Shown: positions 10,892 through 19,420 of the stretch, piece by piece
Layout: each line of letters opens with the position of its first letter
Numbering within the stretch: the stretch's first letter is position 1
Source: a virus
Lineage: Duplodnaviria > Caudoviricetes
Virus record (IMG/VR): IMGVR_UViG_3300010163_000014
Location: 1 to 64,000 of that record
Reading direction: 5' to 3' (one strand)
Length of the DNA stretch: 64,000 bases
Program-made: the position numbers and the translations under genes
Notes under the pieces: generated by a model
What the model was told of the DNA's origin: nothing
Databases searched by the model: none
Seen by the model: the letters and a program-made list of their open reading frames with translations, nothing else

Positions 10892-10956
10892 ACATTAGTG
10901 TTTGAATTATTAATTGGAGCAATCAATATATCATTTAAATAGAAGGAGGCTTTGAT

Positions 10957-13629
10957 ATGTGGAAGATTCTACGGCTCTATTTGAAGAATTTTGCTCAGAT
11001 CATGTCTGGATTAGATAAAAAAGAAATCACTCTAGACTTCTCAATCAATGATAAAGTGATCAATATCTTTATTGGTAAGATAGGTTCTGGTAAGACTGCA
11101 ATTCTTGGTCATCTCCAACCATTTGCAACCTATGGAACCCTAGATATCAGAAATCAAGATGATCCGATCATTCCCGGAGAAACTGGTAAAAAAGAGATTT
11201 CATTTCTCCATAATGATATCATATTTGATATTCAGCACGTCTACTCATGGAATAAACATACAGAATCCCATAATATCAAATCTTATATCCAGATGAATGG
11301 AGAAGAACTCAATCCAAATGGAAACACTGGATCCTTTAAAGAGCTGATCAAGATTCATTTTGGCCTTGATCAGAACTATCTGAGAGTTTTAAGACTTGGG
11401 CCCAATGTTGCAAATATCATTGAGATGAGAGCTGCAGAGAGAAAGAGTTTCATCGCATCTCTTAGACCAGATACTGATATCTATCTGATGCTTTATAAGC
11501 ATCTATCTGAAGATCTGAGGAAAGTGAATTCCGCTTTGGCAGTTCTATCCAAGAAATTGGTCAGTCTATCATCTGGACAAGAAGAGAAACTCAAGAGTGA
11601 GTTCGCAATGACAGTTGAAGATCACCGAGAAGTTAGTGCTGAGTATGAGACAGAGAAGACAGCATATTTCATGGATAAAGGCACTTTGTCTAGTATTCTT
11701 CAAAATAGATCTGTTGATGATCTCAAGACTGAGTATACTCACTCATTAGAAACTTTCCAATCATTAAGTAATCAATTAGAAGATCTTAAGAAATCGCAAG
11801 AGCGCATCAATACCTCTATGAGTCTTACTGATGTCATGAGAGAAATCGGTAAAGTTGAGATGACTCTTCAGCAGATCTCTGCACAGGCAACTCTTCTGGA
11901 AGAGGAGATGAAGAATACCAATTTGGAATTGGCAAAGTGGAAAGAGAGAAAAGCTATTTTAGGAGAGAAAGACCAAATGGCAGATCTCGCACAGACTATT
12001 GCCAATCTAGAGGCAAAGTATGAGGACTATAAGAGAAGAGTCTATGGTTTCCATAGTAATCAAAGTTATCGTAGTTTAGCGGCATTCATTGATTCTCTTC
12101 CCATTACAATCATGACGATAGATTCAGTTGCTGGATATCCAACTGATGTAATCTCTCTCTTATATCATTCTGATCATTCTATCCTTAATAAAGCAAGAAT
12201 AGATATTGATCGGCTCAATGGTAGAGTATATAATCTGCAGAGGCAGATGACAAACATTGCATATTCCGCTAAGTATAGAGCTCCATATCCTCTCGTTCGT
12301 CCTCCGTTCTGTCCAACGGTAGAGTGCCCATTCATTCAATCTCATCCTGCTATTATTAGAGAAAAGATGGATGAGATTTCTGATGATAATCCTCTGAGAA
12401 AACTTCAAGATGAAATCGACCGGGTCAACGGCACAATTGCCAGATTAGAAGAATATCCAGTTATCTATCAAAAGATTCAATCATTAAAGAAATCTTGGCC
12501 AGAGATCAGAGATATTATCTCGGGATTCGGAGCTCTTAAGACGGAGAGTCTATATAGCATTTTGACAAATAGTCAGTATCGAATGAATTGGTATGACCAT
12601 GAGAAATTGACAGATGCATTGGAAAAGTGTAAGATACAGGAAGAACTCTATAATCTAGAGCATCAAGTGAAAAGCGCAAAGCAAGAACTGGAAGCCCTAG
12701 AAACAGAATTTGGAGGTAATATTGATGACAAGATCGCAGAAGCAGAGGTACGGCATATTCGACAGAGGTCAGAGTTACAAAGGCTCTCGGAGGAGAAAGC
12801 GAGGCAAAGCGATTTACTGCAGAGCCTACAAGCCGATGCAAGAGCCCTTGAACATTCTACAGAGATTTGCCAAGTTCTTGGAGACACCTCTCGGCAAATC
12901 GAAGAATTACAAAAGGTAATTCGATCTCTTCAAGAGAATATCCAAAAGAGCAACGAGCTCTGTGAGAGTATCAAAAGACGGCAAGAAAAGCTAACTTCCT
13001 ATGAGGATAAACTCAAGAAGTTAGCTGATAAAGGAGAAGAGCTCAGAAGTCAATTAAACGACATCAAGTTTACAAAGATTGAGTTCCAAGCTGTAACAGA
13101 AGCAAAAGATGAATTAAGTATGATACTTGATGCAACCTCTACCAAAGAAGGGATCCCTCTGATACTAGTCGAGGTATTCCTGGAAGATTGTAGAGAGATC
13201 TTAAATGAATTGATCGAAGATGTGTTCTCTGATTCCTTAGAGATCTTACCATCTGATGCTAATGATTTGGAACTCAAGATTCCTTATTCAATCAATGGAT
13301 TCCGAATTGAGGATATCCGAATGGCATCTCAAGGTCAGAGAGCAATTATCTCGATTGCATTGTCATTTGCATTGATTCGACAGAGTGTGTTTGATTATAA
13401 TATCATGCTCTTGGACGAGGTGGATGGTGCACTTTATAAGAGAGATAGAGAAAAATTCATCAATATATTATTCAAACAGTTACAGGCTATTGGAGCGAAT
13501 CAAGTCTTTCTTATTACGCACAATAGTACCTTTGACAATTCCCCCGCGAATATTATTATGACAACAGAGGAGATGATAGATCCTTCACCGAATCATACAA
13601 TCATGCGGCTATACGAATCTGCAGCGTAA
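10957..13629 (+). CDS. sbcC: SbcC/Rad50-like SMC-family ATPase
   Basis: Walker A GKIGSGKT, long coiled coils with central CPTVEC (Zn-hook-like), signature ASQGQR, Walker B LLDEVDG, H-loop LITHN. Confidence 0.9.
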   Translation: MWKILRLYLKNFAQIMSGLDKKEITLDFSINDKVINIFIGKIGSGKTAILGHLQPFATYGTLDIRNQDDPIIPGETGKKEISFLHNDIIFDIQHVYSWNKHTESHNIKSYIQMNGEELNPNGNTGSFKELIKIHFGLDQNYLRVLRLGPNVANIIEMRAAERKSFIASLRPDTDIYLMLYKHLSEDLRKVNSALAVLSKKLVSLSSGQEEKLKSEFAMTVEDHREVSAEYETEKTAYFMDKGTLSSILQNRSVDDLKTEYTHSLETFQSLSNQLEDLKKSQERINTSMSLTDVMREIGKVEMTLQQISAQATLLEEEMKNTNLELAKWKERKAILGEKDQMADLAQTIANLEAKYEDYKRRVYGFHSNQSYRSLAAFIDSLPITIMTIDSVAGYPTDVISLLYHSDHSILNKARIDIDRLNGRVYNLQRQMTNIAYSAKYRAPYPLVRPPFCPTVECPFIQSHPAIIREKMDEISDDNPLRKLQDEIDRVNGTIARLEEYPVIYQKIQSLKKSWPEIRDIISGFGALKTESLYSILTNSQYRMNWYDHEKLTDALEKCKIQEELYNLEHQVKSAKQELEALETEFGGNIDDKIAEAEVRHIRQRSELQRLSEEKARQSDLLQSLQADARALEHSTEICQVLGDTSRQIEELQKVIRSLQENIQKSNELCESIKRRQEKLTSYEDKLKKLADKGEELRSQLNDIKFTKIEFQAVTEAKDELSMILDATSTKEGIPLILVEVFLEDCREILNELIEDVFSDSLEILPSDANDLELKIPYSINGFRIEDIRMASQGQRAIISIALSFALIRQSVFDYNIMLLDEVDGALYKRDREKFINILFKQLQAIGANQVFLITHNSTFDNSPANIIMTTEEMIDPSPNHTIMRLYESAA

Positions 13630-13630
13630 T

Positions 13631-15185
13631 GGTAGAGCATGGAATAGTTTTGTTTGGTACTGTAATAGTAAGGCAACGCATAGTACAGCAAAGGCATTGT
13701 AATGCAACGTACAGTATAGTTCTGCAAAGGTACTGTATGGTTCAGTAATGTACGGGTATGGTAAAGTATTGTGATGGCAAAGCAAAGTATAGTGCCGTAA
13801 AGTCTGGTAAAGGCAATGCATAGCTTGGTAGCGCAATGTAGTGCAGTAGTGAAGTAACGTATCGTGCAGTTTGGGTAAGGTATTGTAATGTGCAGTACGG
13901 TATAGGTAATGCACGGTAACGTACCGTACAGTAATGGCAAGGTAGTGTACAGCTTGGTAAAGGTAAGGTAGAGTGTGGTATTGTCCTGTAATGGTAGTGT
14001 ATGGCAAGGAAATGTATAGGTATAGTAGTGCAGTGTAATGTATTGGCGTGGTAATGTGAAGTCAAGCAATGCAGAGGTATTGTGAGGTGTTGTAAAGTAA
14101 CGCTAAGTTTTGGTGAAGTATGGTGCGGTATGGTGTCGTAGCGGTAGGGTAATGTGAAGCTATGTGAAGTAATAGCATTGTGTAGTGTAGTGATGGTATG
14201 GTAATGTACAGTTCTGTTTGGGTATGGTATTGTGCAGCAGAGTTTGGCGAAGCAATAGCGATGCAGTATATAGCACAGTATAGGCGATGTGTGGTTTTGT
14301 GATGTAACGTAGAGTATTGGTGATGTACAGTAATGTGAAGCAATGGTACAGTGATGTACGGTGACGTATCGTAATGGCGGGGCATTGTTAGGCAGAGCTT
14401 TGTAAAGGTATTGCATGGTATATTATGGTTTGGTATTGTAATGCATTTCTCTATAAAGCTATGGTAAGGCTGGGTGTTGTAAAGTAATGTATCGGTAAAG
14501 TGATGTACAGTGGAGTATTGTATCGGTATAGTGTAGTTCTGTGAAGTAATGGTTTGGCTAGGTATGGTTAGGTAATGCGTAGTAACGGTAAAGCAAAGTA
14601 GTGTTCTTCTGCGTATTGTTTAGCAATAGTGATGTGAAGTGAGGTTTAGTTCCGTATCGTAACGGTGTAGTTTTGTGTAGCGACGTATAGTGCTGGTGTA
14701 GTTTTGTGCAGTCTAGCATCGGTAATGTATTGTATCGAGTTGTGATGCAATGGTATTGCATAGTTCCGTGGCGTAGAGTAGTGCAACGTATAGGTACAGT
14801 AACGTCAAGTGTGGTATTGTAATGCAAAAGTGCAGCTATGTTGAGTAAAGTAATGGTGTGGTATAGCAATGCTATGTGTAGTAACGTAAAAGTAAAGTCT
14901 TGCGATGCAGTGTAACAGTGATGTGTGGTCCAGTCCAGTAATGTTTTGTGATGTAACGGTTATGCGAAGTTACGCGATGTTGAGTATAGGCTATGTGTTG
15001 TAAAGTAGTATAATGTGAGGTATTGGTAAAGTGAAGTTTTGTAACGCATCAGTAAAGTGAAGTGCCGTGCTGCAAGGGTATGGTAGAGTGTGGTGCTGTT
15101 TTGTATTATAGAAGATACAAAGATGTAAGCTTCGTCGAAGTTTTGCAATGGCAATGATAAGTACAGTACGGTAACAGCGAAGCTA
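13631..15185 (+). repeat. Array 1: non-coding 5-nt-periodic (GY+NNN)n array of roughly 48 punctuated units; candidate guide-RNA array
   Basis: Parses as ggt-ag agc-at gga-at agt-tt tgt-tt ggt-ac tgt-aa|t agt-aa ggc-aa...; GY recurs every 5 nt, with a +1 base mostly every 4-8 pentamers; variable positions mostly do not repeat. Confidence 0.9.
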
Positions 15186-15188
15186 GTG

Positions 15189-15245
15189 ATATATCGGTGA
15201 AAAATGAAAAGTTGAACTCATTTTTCACCGATATATTATTTTTTT
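15189..15245 (+). terminator. 19-bp perfect inverted repeat plus T tract closing array 1, overlapping an early-promoter motif
   Basis: ATATATCGGTGAAAAATGA (15189-15207) / TCATTTTTCACCGATATAT (15218-15236), then TATTTTTTT; GATATATTATT at 15230-15240. Confidence 0.75.
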
Positions 15246-15329
15246 GAGCAAAATGAAATATTTTGCTTTCCAGCGCGCCTCTGGATAAACAAAAGGCAAG
15301 ATAAAATTTATAAAAGGAGTGTATCACAA

Positions 15330-16238
15330 ATGGCAAGACCGAAGAAGAACACCGAGGTACAGGAAGATCAGGTCATGATGGAACAGACCCCCGAGGCCAC
15401 TCCGGCTCCCACCAAGCGCAAGTATACCCGTCGCAAGACTGCGGATACTACCGCCACGGCCAGCCCGGTTGAGAACGAGGTCGAGACCGAGGATGAAGAG
15501 GTTGCCGCCGCGCCGAAGCGCATTGGCATCGTCGATCCTGGCCGGATCTATGTCCGGTTGTTCTACTTTGAGCCGATCCTGGGCACCTGGCCCGCTGATC
15601 CGGAGATCGCCCGCCGCTTCATCATGAGCAAAGCGCCTGGGGCTGCCACACTGGAGGATGAGATCGCGTCCATGGGCCCCGATGCGGTCGTAGAGCGCGC
15701 ACTGACCATCTTTAATCGCATGGGCGACGGTACCCCGCATCACTGGGACTTTCAGCTTCGGGGCTTTCTGAAGGCTGCGTGGGCTGCCAACAAGAAACGT
15801 CCTGGCTCCATCGCGTCGACGATCAAGGGCGGCAAGAAATTGGTCGATACCGAGATCTTCGCTTATCCCCGTAAGATTGCCCTGCACTTCGACGGCGAGC
15901 TTACTTACTGTGAGAGGCCGTTGCGTGCCTCCACCCCGAAGGGCGAGCGCGTCAATCTGTCCAACTCCGAGCAGGCTCCGGATGGGACCTGGTCCGATGT
16001 CATGTTCGAGTGCCTGGTACCCTCCGATGTGAAGTTCGTTCGGGAGTGCCTGAACTATGGGCGCTACGCCGGCATGGGTCAGTGGAGGAATTCCGGCAAA
16101 GGTCGGTTCTACTGGGAGGAGCACGCCGGTGGCTTCGATGGGCCGGTGATCGGCGGCAACTTCAAGGAATTCTACCCGGGCGGGTACGAGGAGTTCAAGG
16201 CCATGCACCCGGCTTTCAACTGGTCTGATAAGGGTTAA
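15330..16238 (+). CDS. Stand-alone Cas7-like RAMP protein (Vipr-like candidate effector), 302 aa
   Basis: RAMP-like beta1 IYVRLFYFEPILGT, helix motif WDFQLRGFLKAAW, thumb-like ERPLRASTPKGERVNLSNSE, C-terminal Gly-rich loop YGRYAGMGQWRNSGKGRF; AAGGAG RBS; flanked by the two arrays. Confidence 0.8.
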   Translation: MARPKKNTEVQEDQVMMEQTPEATPAPTKRKYTRRKTADTTATASPVENEVETEDEEVAAAPKRIGIVDPGRIYVRLFYFEPILGTWPADPEIARRFIMSKAPGAATLEDEIASMGPDAVVERALTIFNRMGDGTPHHWDFQLRGFLKAAWAANKKRPGSIASTIKGGKKLVDTEIFAYPRKIALHFDGELTYCERPLRASTPKGERVNLSNSEQAPDGTWSDVMFECLVPSDVKFVRECLNYGRYAGMGQWRNSGKGRFYWEEHAGGFDGPVIGGNFKEFYPGGYEEFKAMHPAFNWSDKG

Positions 16239-16250
16239 GGCCAAATAAAG

Positions 16251-16308
16251 AAGGTGGAGAGTTTATGAAAATCTACTGGTTTCATAAACTCTCCACCTTT
16301 TCTTTTTG
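16251..16308. terminator. 20-bp hairpin terminator after the RAMP gene
   Basis: AAGGTGGAGAGTTTATGAAA (16251-16270) / TTTCATAAACTCTCCACCTT (16280-16299) followed by TTCTTTTT. Confidence 0.8.
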
Positions 16309-17378
16309 TATAGCAACAGTGAAGTTCTGCGTTGCTTGGTATCGCAACGGTATAGCGTGGTGGCGTGTTGTATTGCGAAAGCATAGTTGAGTTTAGTATC
16401 GTAATGTGACGTATTTGCGAGGTGCAGTTTTGCGTGGTAGCGCACTGTATAGGCAAGGTAAAGTTAGGCTCAGTAATGTATAGGTAAGGTATAGTGAAGC
16501 AATGTGAAGTTTTGGCGAAGTTTAGTTCCGTATTGCATAGAGATGGTAAAGCAGAGTGAGGTAGCGTAATGTTAAGTAATGGTGAAGTGACGTGTAGTGA
16601 CGTTGTGGTATGGCGAGGTATTGTGATGTGCAGTATCGTAGAGGTAGGGTTCAGTTCGGTAGAGCTATGCGGTGTAATGGTTAAGTGCAGTTCAGCAGGG
16701 TCCGGTAAAGGCATCGTATGGTTCCGTGATGTACGGGTATGGTAAAGTATTGTATTGGTAAAGTGTAGCGCTGTACTGTAAGGGCAAAGCATAGTTCGGT
16801 GCAGTGACGTGTTGCATTAGCAAAGTATCGTTTGGTTCAGCACGGTATTAGTAATGCACGGTAAAGTAGCGCTTAGTATGGGTAAGGTAACGCTGTACTG
16901 TGTAATGGTAGAGCGTAGTTCAGTGATGTAGAGCATAGCAAAGGTAAAGTGCAGTAGCGCGGGGTACAGCTACGGTGAAGTAATGCGTTGTGGTGTAACG
17001 CAAAAGTGCGGTGTGGCTCGGTCGCGTGATGTAAAGGCGTAGTAATGTACAGTGTTGCAGAGGTACGGTGTAGCTAAGTTCAGTGACGTAATAGTAGGGT
17101 AGAGTGTAGTTAAGTACGGTATCAGTAATGTAATATATCGTTTGAGTGTAGTAACGTGATGTAGCGGTAATAGCCTAGTTAAGTTCAGCAATGTAATGGT
17201 ACAGTGTGGTTAAGTGAGGTCTCGCTAAGTAAAGGTGATGCTTAGTGAAGTACCGTATAGTATTGGCATAGTGTTGCTTTGCAACGTGAAGGCGGGGTAG
17301 TGTTAAGTTGAGCGATGCGATGGTTATGCGAAGTATAGTTGAGCATTGGCAAGGTGCAGTAATGCCAAGTGTAGGCAA
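16307..17378 (+). repeat. Array 2: non-coding 5-nt-periodic (GY+NNN)n array of roughly 35 punctuated units; candidate guide-RNA array
   Basis: Same grammar and strand as array 1, e.g. agt-ga agt-tc tgc-gt tgc-tt ggt-at cgc-aa|c ggt-at agc-gt... Confidence 0.9.
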
Positions 17379-17381
17379 ATT

Positions 17382-17504
17382 GACGATTTCACCGTATCAA
17401 CTTAAATATCAGCAATATATTATTTCTATGAGCAGAGATAACCAATAAGTGTTTCCTGCGATATTTTAATGGGCAATATTAGCCCAGAAAGGAAGATCAT
17501 TATG
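17382..17504 (+). promoter_or_regulatory. Promoter plus structured 5' leader, copy A (paralog of 22407-22529)
   Basis: Ungapped 123-nt alignment to the reverse complement of 22407-22529 (102/123 identical by eye); contains AATATATTATT, two hairpins, an RBS and the ATG. Confidence 0.85.
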
Positions 17505-18155
17505 TTCGGTATGTTCGGTAAAAACAAGACTATTCCCCAGGTGCAGATCGACTTCCGTGCCATCGCCCAGATCAAGGGCTATAATCCTGACCCCGCCAAC
17601 GGCCGCGCCTATGTGTTCGTGGTTGAAAAGCTGCAAGCCGAGAAGGTCCTTGGTCTTAACAAGGACCTGGCCATCAGGGTGGCCATCGCCAGCGCTGAGC
17701 TGGATGACGCGCAGGCTATTAGAACTTTTGGCCGTACGGTTGTCCTGATCGACAAGGACACCGCCAAGTTGGCCAAGTGGCCGTGGAGCCGCACTGAAGT
17801 TCTGGCCATGATCGCCGCCGAGAATGCGGTAATCTTCGACCAGCATGAGTGGTCTTCCGTTCCCAACACGGAGGGCTTCGACATCGAGTGGATGCCGCAG
17901 CGTGCCGCGCAGCTTCTGGATGGTGGCGTGCCCTATGGTTGGGGCGCCGCGAGGAAAGGTGCCAACCGGCAGAACAAGGTTCTGGATAAGAGCCTGAAGC
18001 CCATTGTTAAAGGTCTGCACAAGAACTACAAGAAGGGCGTTCAGGCTGCCAGCAGAGGCGACATTCCCGAGCCCGTGGCTGATCCTTTCCAGAATGCCAG
18101 CGACACCGACATCATCGAGGAGGTCATCGAGGTTGAGCCCGACGCCGCCGGATGA
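17502..18155 (+). CDS. Hypothetical protein (217 aa), GC-rich, directly downstream of array 2
   Basis: GAAAGGAAG RBS, ATG at 17502; followed by a terminator at about 18161-18203. Confidence 0.8.
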   Translation: MFGMFGKNKTIPQVQIDFRAIAQIKGYNPDPANGRAYVFVVEKLQAEKVLGLNKDLAIRVAIASAELDDAQAIRTFGRTVVLIDKDTAKLAKWPWSRTEVLAMIAAENAVIFDQHEWSSVPNTEGFDIEWMPQRAAQLLDGGVPYGWGAARKGANRQNKVLDKSLKPIVKGLHKNYKKGVQAASRGDIPEPVADPFQNASDTDIIEEVIEVEPDAAG

Positions 18156-18210
18156 GACATAAAAAGAGATGGGTGGAATAAAAAACCACCCATCTCTTTT
18201 TTGTTTATTT

Positions 18211-19272
18211 TTAGACTACTCGGAGTTTATAGTTCCTATGATAGTCATCAGTTGCTACACCCATCTTCTTATTGATGTTGAATGTCAACTCAGAAAAGTT
18301 GGTGGGCATCGGATAATCGGGAATGATTTCCCCATCCGCGCTCTCAGCTAATAAACCCTGAATATTTTCATCTTCATCAATCAGTAAGACATATTCGACA
18401 CCAAGGCTTTCAAACTCCAGGAACTTATCTCCATCCTCATTACTATCTTCGATTCCATGATCTTCTGGGGCATCTTCTCCAGAATGAAAAACAGGATTCC
18501 CCTCGTCATCTTCTGTGGTAGCACCAGAGATTCCCTCATAACCACCCATAGCAGAGACCATATCACGTCGACCGAGAGAGAATAGACTCCGAATTGCTCC
18601 TCCATTAACTTCATTCGCACCAACGCCTTCTTCTTTAGCCCTGGCAGCTTCTTTGAACTTAATGTCGTATTCATCTTTTCTCAATCGGTTGATTTTATCT
18701 AAGATACTGAGTTGGATATTATGCTGTGTATTCTTAGCTTCTATCATGTCTGATAGTGCTTTGAAGTTACGGGATCTTGCTAGTCGCATCTGGTCGATAT
18801 CCCTTTGCAGAGATACCTTGTCATCATCAATCTCTTTATAGAGACTACGCAATTTCTTTTCAGCCGCTGCATAGCTCTTAGAGATCTCAGAAGTAGAACC
18901 AGTTGCAGATGAATCTCGATGATATTTTCGACCTAGACTAACGAGAGAATCACGGAGTTCAGCATCATCTTCATCCAAATCATCTAGATAAGTATCCAGT
19001 TCATCGGCTGCATTGGATGATGTAAACTCTTCTAGAGCATCATGTCTCTCTACAAGGTCTTCTAAGAAATTTTTTTTGTGACGCTTTTTTCCTTTACGCC
19101 CAGATCCATCATCAGGACCTAAGATATCTCGGAAACCGTCTTGAGATATATCGTGAGATGGCGTGGACTCCGCTTCACCATCTTGAGATAATGAAGGGTC
19201 TTCATACATAGGGTTGTCTAGACCATCGGAATTACTGGACGATAGGAAAGCCAATTTGTCTGCCAATCCCAT
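18211..19272 (-). CDS. Hypothetical acidic coiled-coil protein
   Basis: AAAGGAG RBS before ATG at 19272 (MGLADKL...). Confidence 0.8.
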   Translation of the reverse strand: MGLADKLAFLSSSNSDGLDNPMYEDPSLSQDGEAESTPSHDISQDGFRDILGPDDGSGRKGKKRHKKNFLEDLVERHDALEEFTSSNAADELDTYLDDLDEDDAELRDSLVSLGRKYHRDSSATGSTSEISKSYAAAEKKLRSLYKEIDDDKVSLQRDIDQMRLARSRNFKALSDMIEAKNTQHNIQLSILDKINRLRKDEYDIKFKEAARAKEEGVGANEVNGGAIRSLFSLGRRDMVSAMGGYEGISGATTEDDEGNPVFHSGEDAPEDHGIEDSNEDGDKFLEFESLGVEYVLLIDEDENIQGLLAESADGEIIPDYPMPTNFSELTFNINKKMGVATDDYHRNYKLRVV

Positions 19273-19420
19273 AGAAACACTCCTTTCGGGCATCATCGAT
19301 TAACTGGTCTGTTAATTTTAGTATTAAATTAGGGACCATAGAAACTTGAGGAATACATTATTTCTCTAGAGAAAACCTCAGATTAATCAGATCTGATATA
19401 ATTTAAGGAGTGAAGTACCT

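Noticed and set aside
13593-15154. Minus-strand His/Tyr/Thr/Leu-rich ORFs across array 1 (e.g. 13742-14416, 224 aa)
   Set aside because: They occur in all three frames with the same low-complexity composition and no RBS. They are by-products of the periodic pattern, which leaves few stop codons on the minus strand.
15324-16244. 306-aa antisense ORF overlapping the RAMP gene (likewise 17466-18020, 31042-31767, 1065-1937, 61716-62615)
   Set aside because: Shadow ORFs from codon bias of the real opposite-strand genes, which have RBSs and, in most cases, recognisable motifs.
16235-17378. Minus-strand ORFs across array 2
   Set aside because: Same artefact as in array 1.
13631-17378. Canonical CRISPR array
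   Set aside because: No identical 25-45-nt direct repeats separated by unique spacers; conservation is limited to 2-3 bases per 5-nt period.
13631-17378. Simple microsatellite or assembly artefact
   Set aside because: Variable positions mostly do not repeat, phase slips are consistently +1 at a consensus junction, boundaries coincide with a stop codon and terminators, and the arrays flank a RAMP gene. Read-level confirmation would still be prudent.
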